NCBI GenBank assembly: GCA_001816835.1
Contig: MHDB01000013.1
Coordinates: forward strand, 25,334-57,433
Direction of reading: 5' to 3'
From: Candidatus Woykebacteria bacterium RIFCSPLOWO2_01_FULL_43_14
Lineage (GTDB): Bacteria; Patescibacteriota; Microgenomatia; Woykebacterales; 2-01-FULL-43-14
Length of the DNA stretch: 32,100 nt
In this document: piece by piece, positions 25,842 to 32,100 of the stretch
Layout of the letters: each line of letters opens with the position of its first letter
Numbering within the stretch: the first letter of the stretch is position 1
The notes under the pieces: generated by a model
Told to the model about the DNA's origin: nothing
Seen by the model: the letters and a program-made list of their open reading frames with translations, nothing else
Databases searched by the model: none
Position numbers and translations under genes: made by a program

Positions 25842-26036
25842 TTACTTCGGCTCTGGGATAACGAGCAGAGCTAATAAATAGGTTATTAAACCTAGAACGA
25901 ACCCTGTAAAAACGGTAATAATAAGCCAGGCCAGTCTTAATATCGTAGGATCGACGTTTAAATACTCCCCTAGCCCGCCAAAAACCCCAGCCCAGATCCG
26001 GTTAGTTTTACTTCGATAAAGCATTTTCGTTTGCAC
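25842..26036 (-). CDS. pspC: PspC domain protein
   Basis: LYRSKTNRIWAGVFGGLGEYLNVDPTILRL...YLLALLVIP. Confidence 0.92.
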   Translation of the reverse strand: MQTKMLYRSKTNRIWAGVFGGLGEYLNVDPTILRLAWLIITVFTGFVLGLITYLLALLVIPEPK

Positions 26037-26062
26037 GTGTCTATTTTATCACGGTCTGATAC

Positions 26063-26118
26063 TTTTGGCCAAACCACCCTTCGCTAAAGCTATGGAGTGG
26101 CTGGCCTGAAGGCCAAAA
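26063..26118. repeat. REP-like nested palindrome
   Basis: TTTTGGCC...GGCCAAAA enclosing CCACCCTTCGCTAAAGCTATGGAGTGG; the core's reverse complement matches 13009-13026 at 15 of 18 nt. Confidence 0.6.
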
Positions 26119-26150
26119 AGAAACCCACGCAGTAATAACTGAATGGGTTG

Positions 26151-26825
26151 TCAGACACGATAGAAGAAGCGATAGTATAGCCCTCTCCCCAAAAGTGTTG
26201 CTATGGTGGTTACTGTAAAAGCGACCCCTAACCATTGGTTAAGCCATGCGTTTCCTGTGAAAAACACAAGACCGACCAAAATGTAACAAAGAAGCCCTCC
26301 GAGAGCCAAGTTGGCTGCTGTCTTGGGTTGCTGTTCGGAAACTTCCCAAACCAAAGATAGTAAGATTGCGCATACGACAAAGAAAGAGGCTACAAATAGG
26401 TACTTGTTCATCGGGGCGTATGTCCCCAACGTCGCTCCGACCATCCACACAAAAACCAAGTGATGGTTTTGCCGACCCCCAGCTCTCGGAGTCTTTGGTG
26501 GGTGTTGTATACCAAGATATCCTGAGAGAAGAATGAGCGGCAGAATGATTAACCCCACACTGATTAGATTGCTTCCAAAAGGTGTGGTTGGGATTAACAT
26601 TTTTGGTACATACGCTGAAGCAAGATTAGCGACAAGCATATATATGATGCTAGTCGCAGCCAGAAATGGAAAATCAAAGATTCCAGCTAGCCCAATCGCT
26701 ACTAATACAGAAGCTAACAAAAAGTCCCACTCTGTTTGCCAAACGCTAAATACAAACAAAAATGCCAAGATTAAGGCACCAGAGGAAGCTGTCTTCCCCC
26801 AAGAGATCTTCTTTCCTGTGATCAC
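26151..26825 (-). CDS. Hypothetical polytopic membrane protein
   Basis: About 8 hydrophobic segments; AGGAGA SD and TTGATT-N17-TAAATT upstream. Confidence 0.8.
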   Translation of the reverse strand: MITGKKISWGKTASSGALILAFLFVFSVWQTEWDFLLASVLVAIGLAGIFDFPFLAATSIIYMLVANLASAYVPKMLIPTTPFGSNLISVGLIILPLILLSGYLGIQHPPKTPRAGGRQNHHLVFVWMVGATLGTYAPMNKYLFVASFFVVCAILLSLVWEVSEQQPKTAANLALGGLLCYILVGLVFFTGNAWLNQWLGVAFTVTTIATLLGRGLYYRFFYRV

Positions 26826-26890
26826 TAGACTTCTCCTTTGGCCTATAATTTAGCACAAAGCGCCCATAAAATCAAGCATTTTTCATAAAG

Positions 26891-26918
26891 AAACCTCTTA
26901 GCTTAAGCTAAGAGGTTT
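26891..26918 (-). terminator. Perfect 28-bp palindrome, probable intrinsic terminator
   Basis: AAACCTCTTAGCTTAAGCTAAGAGGTTT just downstream of the 26928 stop, with a T-rich tail on the minus strand. Confidence 0.75.
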
Positions 26919-26927
26919 TGTAAGTCT

Positions 26928-27698
26928 CTACCTTGTAGGCAAATTGTTTGAGGAAGATATGAGTTTTTTTACCAACGCCTCGCCAGAGTACTTTAAGATA
27001 GAATTTTGGGTTTCTCTGTCCAGGATCCGTGCCAAGAACATTGCTCCCACGATCCAGACCATGATAAGTGTCAAGCCCGGCTTAAGTGTTGCGATCTGAG
27101 ACTCGGTCCAGAAGGCGATCTCTTTCGAAAACAGCGCCGTGGTGGTAAGGAAACACACCAGACACATAAACCAAAGAGTCATTCCCTGAAGATAGGGGTG
27201 TTTTCTAACCATCCGAAAGGCCAGAAAGCCTGTTACCAACATCACAAGTAGGAAAAACCTGAGACCTTCAGGACTCTCAGAGTAAGAAAACCCTCCCAGC
27301 AATCCCAATCCTGCAAGAAAAACAGGGTGATAAGTACCGCTTCTCAAAAAGTAAAGCTTATCCTCAGTTGGTCGCCCATCCCATATGTGTAGGGTGGTGA
27401 TAACAGTCGGTATGGTCAGGAAGGCGATGAAAAGAATACTCATTGGCCACGTTTGGGATATGAAAACAAAGCTGGTTTTTGCTGAGATGCCCCACGATGT
27501 AGCTCCAAATATCACAAAACTAGCTAAGCTGTATCCAAAGCCCTTTTTATGGACTAAAACGAAGAAAAGCATCCAAAAAATGACGATTGGGATTAAACTT
27601 AGGGTGTCCAGGGAAACGAAGATCCCTGACATAAGCCCAAATGGGACAGAAAGCCAGAGGCTGTATTCCCCGATCTCTTTCCCCCGTCGTAGTTTCAT
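26928..27698 (-). CDS. Hypothetical polytopic membrane protein
   Basis: About 8 hydrophobic segments; AAGGAGG SD; TTGACT-N17-TAAACT promoter at 27758-27730. Confidence 0.82.
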   Translation of the reverse strand: MKLRRGKEIGEYSLWLSVPFGLMSGIFVSLDTLSLIPIVIFWMLFFVLVHKKGFGYSLASFVIFGATSWGISAKTSFVFISQTWPMSILFIAFLTIPTVITTLHIWDGRPTEDKLYFLRSGTYHPVFLAGLGLLGGFSYSESPEGLRFFLLVMLVTGFLAFRMVRKHPYLQGMTLWFMCLVCFLTTTALFSKEIAFWTESQIATLKPGLTLIMVWIVGAMFLARILDRETQNSILKYSGEALVKKLISSSNNLPTR

Positions 27699-27770
27699 CT
27701 ACCCTCCTTGGGGCTGTTTTCTGACCCATAGTTTATCATAAGACTTGCCCTAAGTCAAAAGAACTAAGTT

Positions 27771-27802
27771 TAAGGTGACACCCTCGCGAGGGTGTCACCT
27801 TA
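27771..27802. repeat. Perfect 32-bp palindrome (REP-like element or terminator)
   Basis: TAAGGTGACACCCTCGCGAGGGTGTCACCTTA equals its own reverse complement. Confidence 0.85.
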
Positions 27803-27826
27803 GTAAAAGATTGGTATATTAAGACA

Positions 27827-28234
27827 TTAGCGCCAGGAGGCCAGTATCATACTCATGACAACTAGGCTAACTAGATAATAACCAACTTGAATGGAATAGA
27901 GTTTCCAGCTTTTTCCTGAAAAGACGGTATCAGAAGCAAAGGTAGGAACCACGAACCCCAACCATGCCCAGAAGCCCGTTTGAGCCCCATTCACCAAATC
28001 CGCTGCTCCGGCGTAAGTCACAAAGTGAGCCATGATGTAGGCCTGAACTAAGGCCCCTATGAAAGTTACACTATAGCCTAACCCCGCTCCATTTTTGAGC
28101 TCGTCTGTGCTTTTACCGATGAGGTTCATCCATGGTTTGCCAAAGACCGGCGCCGAATACCAGACAAACCCTAGTATCATGCTTGAAATAGTGGCTGCCA
28201 CCACAGCCCAAAAGTTTACATTTACTGTTTCCAT
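27827..28234 (-). CDS. DUF1761-family membrane protein
   Basis: VNFWAVVAATISSMILGFVWYSAPVFGKPWMNLIG, GFWAWLGFV, KSWKLYSIQVGY. Confidence 0.88.
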   Translation of the reverse strand: METVNVNFWAVVAATISSMILGFVWYSAPVFGKPWMNLIGKSTDELKNGAGLGYSVTFIGALVQAYIMAHFVTYAGAADLVNGAQTGFWAWLGFVVPTFASDTVFSGKSWKLYSIQVGYYLVSLVVMSMILASWR

Positions 28235-28297
28235 AGTTTAGACCCTCCTAATAGAAGTATATTACAAAGTCCTTGTAGTTGGGGTTATAATAATATT

Positions 28298-28831
28298 GTG
28301 ATCGAAATAAGACTAAAATTCAACGACCCCAGAAAAGTCCTTTCACAGTTACTTTCCGAGGGGTCGGTAATCGAGGAATATGAGACTGAGGATGTCTTTT
28401 TTAGTCCGAAGGACCAGCTTTGGGATTATGAAAAGAAAAACTTTCGTTTGAGGGAAAATACTATTGCGGGTGTCGCGAAAGTATATTTGATCTACCGTGA
28501 GGTTGAATGGTCAAGGAATAGTAAAACCTTTAAAGTTGAGTGGAAATATGAGTTGCCTAATGCGCTTGACCAGGGTGTTGAGATAGTTAAGTCTTGGGGC
28601 TTTGAGGAGATAGTCCGTTACAAGAAATTAGGAAAACACCTCAAGAGTTTGGGTGGTGAGATTTATTACGAGGAGATTGAGCACATCGGACCTATGGTTG
28701 AGATAGAAAGAAACACCCAAGAAGAGATAGACCAAGCGATCGCCAAGTTATTCAAAGGACTGGATTATCAAATAGTTGCCGAAAGTGTACCGTCTCTAGT
28801 AAGTAAAAGTTTGACTTTGAAGACGAAGTAG
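28298..28831 (+). CDS. CYTH-domain (class IV adenylate cyclase/triphosphate tunnel) protein, divergent
   Basis: MIEIRLKF (cf. ExExK), DVFF, FRLRE, WGFEEIVRYKK, IEHIGPMVEIE. Confidence 0.75.
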   Translation: MIEIRLKFNDPRKVLSQLLSEGSVIEEYETEDVFFSPKDQLWDYEKKNFRLRENTIAGVAKVYLIYREVEWSRNSKTFKVEWKYELPNALDQGVEIVKSWGFEEIVRYKKLGKHLKSLGGEIYYEEIEHIGPMVEIERNTQEEIDQAIAKLFKGLDYQIVAESVPSLVSKSLTLKTK

Positions 28832-28839
28832 GGTATAGT
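28811..28839 (+). promoter_or_regulatory. Sigma70-type promoter for the RRM gene, implying a ~150-nt 5' UTR
   Basis: TTGACT-N17-TATAGT. Confidence 0.65.
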
Positions 28840-28996
28840 GAATCAAGCAGATTTGAATCAGTAAATCTGTTTAAGTTTGATCGAGTTTTTACGTAGTCAA
28901 GATAAAGATACCCCGCAATAAATTTGTATCGTGTCCAGCTATTTAGAGCACTCCACATTTAGACAGTTTTATTAATTTAAAAGAAAGAAGGTTCAA

Positions 28997-29329
28997 GTGG
29001 CCAAAAAATTATTTGTTGGTAGCCTCCCTTATCAAGCAACTAGTGCTGAGCTCGAAGAAGTTTTCGCTCAGGCTGGTAAAGTAGACAGTGTCAATGTTAT
29101 TATGGACAAGTTCTCGGGCCAGAGCAAAGGTTTTGCTTTTGTGGAAATGTCTACTGAAGAAGAAGCCCAAAAAGCTGTCTCAACCCTTAATGGCGCTGAT
29201 TTCCAAGGTCGAAAATTAGTAGTTTCTGAAGCTCGCCCACAAGAAGATCGAAACCGTGGAGGTTTTGGTGATCGCAGTGGTGGTGGATTTAGAAAAAGCG
29301 GCGGTTTCCAAAGAGACAAAAGATGGTAG
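28997..29329 (+). CDS. RRM (RNP-1) RNA-binding protein with Gly/Arg-rich tail
   Basis: RNP2 LFVGSL, RNP1 KGFAFVEM, tail RGGFGDRSGGGFRKSGG. Confidence 0.96.
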   Translation: MAKKLFVGSLPYQATSAELEEVFAQAGKVDSVNVIMDKFSGQSKGFAFVEMSTEEEAQKAVSTLNGADFQGRKLVVSEARPQEDRNRGGFGDRSGGGFRKSGGFQRDKRW

Positions 29330-29351
29330 AAACCTATGAGGTTTCACACAG

Positions 29352-29582
29352 GTGATAGATAATCCTTGTGTGCGGTGTGGTAAACCACGTATTTGTGAAA
29401 AAACTTGGACTGAAGTAGTTGTTACTTCGACTGTGACCTACTCTAATTGGGTGTGTCCTGATGACGAGTGTCAAAAAGTTGTGGCCGCGGGGATAAAAAT
29501 CAAAAAAGAAAAAGCTGAAGCCTTAAGACGAGACATTGAAGAAAAAGCTCTCGCCCGCAAAGCCAATTTCAATAAAAAATAG
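29352..29582 (+). CDS. Small hypothetical protein, putative Zn ribbon plus coiled coil
   Basis: CVRC...CPDDEC followed by a Lys/Glu-rich helix. Confidence 0.7.
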   Translation: MIDNPCVRCGKPRICEKTWTEVVVTSTVTYSNWVCPDDECQKVVAAGIKIKKEKAEALRRDIEEKALARKANFNKK

Positions 29583-29619
29583 ATAAAACTAAGAATTAGC
29601 TAATTTCCTAGGATTATTA

Positions 29620-29907
29620 CTATTTAATTCCCACAAAATCAATACGAGGGTAAAGTGCCCTTATTTCCACCCAAAATTTATCAGCTAGAGTTGAAGAAAA
29701 CTTGGCGTAGCCTGTGTTTTCCGAGTGACCACACAAAATATTTTCGTAGCGCTTAATAATAGTGACGACTTCTTCTCCGACACGGTTAAACTCGTCTTTA
29801 TATTTCGTTCGGTCTTGGGCAAAGTTATCGTGCACGACTTTAAACTTTTCAAAAAGATCCTTATTTTCCTTGAGCATTTCCTGAAAACATTTATGATACT
29901 TGGTCAT
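29620..29907 (-). CDS. Hypothetical helical protein
   Basis: 95-aa ORF with protein-like composition; TATAAT 7 nt before the ATG. Confidence 0.75.
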   Translation of the reverse strand: MTKYHKCFQEMLKENKDLFEKFKVVHDNFAQDRTKYKDEFNRVGEEVVTIIKRYENILCGHSENTGYAKFSSTLADKFWVEIRALYPRIDFVGIK

Positions 29908-30071
29908 AGGTAGAATTATACAGCATTTTAAACCTTAAAAAGACGTAGCTATGTTTTATACGTAGGCAAATTTAGGACAAAAAGAAATAGCTGAACTGAC
30001 CTAGCCGTATAATCATGAAAGGCATATTTAAATAAATCAAATAGTGTAAAATATGCATTAAGTAAACACAT

Positions 30072-30881
30072 ATGAGCATAAAATTTGTTCCCATCCTTAG
30101 ACAGTGGCCTAGCTTAAAGCTAGTAAGAATATTAGGTGTTGTTTTAGTTCTAGTTGCCTCCATAGTCATTTTTTCCAAACCCACTTCAAAGGTTCAAGAA
30201 AAACTTCCTATATCGTCCCCTGTCCAAAAAGAAGTTAATCCGGATGAGCCGCCTCTCAAACTAAAAAATATTGGGGTAAATTTGGATTACTATAATCCAG
30301 AAACTAATAAGGCCGGGGATTTTGAATTTACTAAAACCAGACTGGAATTTAATAGGTTATTTATGGGGTTTGGGTTTGTTATTCCGGCGGATGTGGCTAG
30401 TTCTAATAAGGAAAAATCCAACCCTCAACCCACTTTTATTGTCCCCCTAGGTACTCCGGTTAGGTCTTTGGTAGATGGGGTAGTTGCTGCAATGCCAACT
30501 CTGTGGAGTGGGGACATTTCCATTCAAGTGACCACTGATGGGAAGATGCAAAAGTGGATTTATGAAACTGAGCATGTCAGAAACCCAAAAGTTAAAGTCG
30601 GTGACCGTGTTTCTGCTGGACAAGTTATTGCCGAGGTTGATAACTTTGGTAACAGTGCCCCGAGTGGTTTTGGTGCCACAGAAATAGGTATTTTAAAAGG
30701 TGGGCAGAAACCAGAGCATGTTTGCCCATTTGCTTATTTGGATGAGAGTATTAAAGAAGAGACTCTCAAAAAACTCACTTTCCTTTTTAAATCCTGGGAA
30801 GAGTACACTGGAGACAAAACCCTGTATGATGAGGCCAATCCAATTCCTGGTTGCCTAACCTTAGATCCTATCGAAGGTTAA
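30072..30881 (+). CDS. Membrane-anchored M23/LytM-fold protein lacking the Zn ligands
   Basis: N-terminal TM; PLGTPVRSLVDGVV, EH...VKVGDRVSAGQVIAEV, VCPFAYL. No HxxxD or HxH. Confidence 0.75.
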   Translation: MSIKFVPILRQWPSLKLVRILGVVLVLVASIVIFSKPTSKVQEKLPISSPVQKEVNPDEPPLKLKNIGVNLDYYNPETNKAGDFEFTKTRLEFNRLFMGFGFVIPADVASSNKEKSNPQPTFIVPLGTPVRSLVDGVVAAMPTLWSGDISIQVTTDGKMQKWIYETEHVRNPKVKVGDRVSAGQVIAEVDNFGNSAPSGFGATEIGILKGGQKPEHVCPFAYLDESIKEETLKKLTFLFKSWEEYTGDKTLYDEANPIPGCLTLDPIEG

Positions 30882-30927
30882 GGTATCTAAGAAATAAGTT
30901 TTAAAAAGAAGTACAATAAGTGTACAT

Positions 30928-31233
30928 ATGACTAAGAATCCTATCATCAATGCTCTTGCGGCTGTAGGTTACATCTGTATTGTTGCGTCAGTAATGTTTT
31001 ACGGGTCGCAGTATAAGGGCCCTGATAATTCTATCTTTGCTCCAATTGCGTTTATCTCTGTCTTCACACTTTCTGCGGCTGTAATGGGTTATCTCTTTCT
31101 ATCCCAACCTCTCCTAATGTATTTTGAAGGCAAGAAAAAGGAAGCGGTAAATCTTTTTCTTCAGACACTGGCCGCCTTTGCCGTGCTCACCGCCACGATC
31201 CTTAGCCTATACTTTTCAGGGATATTGTATTAG
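30928..31233 (+). CDS. Small three-TM hypothetical membrane protein
   Basis: Three hydrophobic segments; SAAVMGYLF..P...GKKKEAV. Confidence 0.75.
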   Translation: MTKNPIINALAAVGYICIVASVMFYGSQYKGPDNSIFAPIAFISVFTLSAAVMGYLFLSQPLLMYFEGKKKEAVNLFLQTLAAFAVLTATILSLYFSGILY

Positions 31234-31345
31234 GTGACTTGGCTAAGTCCTTCCCAGCGTCAATGATATATCTTCACACACCTGGTGTATGCCAGCTTGA
31301 CACGTAGGGAATTAGTACGTTTTTCTTCTAAAGAATAGGAGTCTT

Positions 31346-31603
31346 TTATTTGTAAATATCTCGACGGTGGCCGACTCGTAATATTTCAATAGCATCGTCT
31401 GCAATTACAAAAATTACTCTGTAGGTACCCACTCTAAATCTTCTAGCCTCTTTTATTTCAAAACCAGTTAATCCTGTAGAGTGATTAACAGGATCCATGA
31501 TCAGTTTTGATTCTAGAGCTTCTTTTACTTTGCTTTTAACTAAGTTATCTAATTTGGAAATTTGTTTAGCCGCATTTTTAGAGAATTTGAGGGTATAAAC
31601 CAT
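31346..31603 (-). CDS. relE: Type II TA toxin, RelE/ParE family
   Basis: YTLKFSKNAAKQISKLD, RRFRVGTYRVIF, ILRVGHRRDIYK. Confidence 0.92.
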   Translation of the reverse strand: MVYTLKFSKNAAKQISKLDNLVKSKVKEALESKLIMDPVNHSTGLTGFEIKEARRFRVGTYRVIFVIADDAIEILRVGHRRDIYK

Positions 31604-31606
31604 TTT

Positions 31607-31858
31607 TTAAATGTCACCAAAGACCTCTTCGTGAGTATAAAATTCGCCTTTTTTCATCTGTTCACGAGCTTCTTTGATCGAATCCAGAAAAGCCTTACTA
31701 TTGGCCGCTTCAATGTCTTCAAGAAGATCTAAATTGACTAATCCGGCAACAGGTTCGCCGTTCTTTGTCACAATCAAGAAGTCTTTCTTCTTGTTTACCT
31801 CGGAAATTGCTGAGGCGAGGTTATTGCGAAGTTTGGTGGTTTCAACAGCTTTAGGCAT
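31607..31858 (-). CDS. Type II TA antitoxin, Phd/YefM family
   Basis: TTKLRNNLASAISEV...LIVTKNGEPVAGLV; ATG 31858 preferred as start. Confidence 0.9.
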   Translation of the reverse strand: MPKAVETTKLRNNLASAISEVNKKKDFLIVTKNGEPVAGLVNLDLLEDIEAANSKAFLDSIKEAREQMKKGEFYTHEEVFGDI

Positions 31859-31867
31859 AACAGAGTA

Positions 31868-31896
31868 AATGTACAATGTTGATGTACAAAAGTCAA
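31868..31896 (-). promoter_or_regulatory. TA promoter with two TGTACA operator palindromes
   Basis: TTGACT-N17-TACATT; TGTACA at 31870-31875 and 31883-31888. Confidence 0.75.
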
Positions 31897-31945
31897 TATT
31901 TGGATAGAGTTACTTATTCGCATAGATTCGAATATAATCATCACA

Positions 31946-32100
31946 GTGTACGATTCGACGAAGCCTTACAAAACAAAAATTTTAAAGCTAATCAAAAAGA
32001 CCTGGAAATCCCCTTATCTAAAAGTTAAAGAAAGCATTTACCCAATCACCACCCCGACTAAAATCTACGAACAAATTGATCATACCGATGGGGTGGGAAC
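31946..32100 (+). CDS. purM: PurM/AIR-synthase-like protein, 5' part only; not in the ORF track
   Basis: Hand translation from GTG: MYDSTKPYKTKILKLIKKTWKSPYLKVKESIYPITTPTKIYEQIDHTDGVG(T), matching the PurM TDGVGTK motif. TATAAT lies 7 nt upstream. Confidence 0.7.
   Translation, partial: MYDSTKPYKTKILKLIKKTWKSPYLKVKESIYPITTPTKIYEQIDHTDGVG

Noticed and set aside
31251-31311. Imperfect inverted repeat TTCCCAGCGTCAA...TTGACACGTAGGGAA around ACACCTGGTGT as a MITE
   Set aside because: The arms match poorly, there is no target-site duplication or second copy in the window, and it may simply terminate the convergent genes.
1-32100. tRNA, rRNA or intron sequences
   Set aside because: No cloverleaf or T-loop motif was found in any spacer, the spacers are too short for rRNA, and all conserved genes are uninterrupted.

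Overview
Bacterial chromosomal window, most likely from a Patescibacteria (CPR, Microgenomates-like) genome. The basis is the absence of rpmD/uL30 from its usual slot, standard stop codon usage and low-complexity tails on several ribosomal proteins. Positions 1-16.9 kb are one co-directional tuf-S10-spc-secY-adk-map-infA-alpha-rplM-rpsI superoperon. Three of its longer spacers carry inverted heptamer arrays. Three others are filled end to end by unannotated micro-ORFs, two of which are homologous to each other. Positions 16.9-32.1 kb are accessory: two type II toxin-antitoxin pairs, a stand-alone purD and a partial purM-like gene, PMM/PGM, an exported beta-propeller, and SRPBCC, PspC, DUF1761, CYTH, RRM, degenerate M23 and membrane hypothetical proteins. 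This part also holds a self-contained three-gene operon built around a MORC/Hsp90-like GHKL ATPase with an unexpected Ig-like insert. That operon and the bridging micro-ORFs are the best candidates for undescribed biology. All calls rest on motif recognition by eye; no searches were run.
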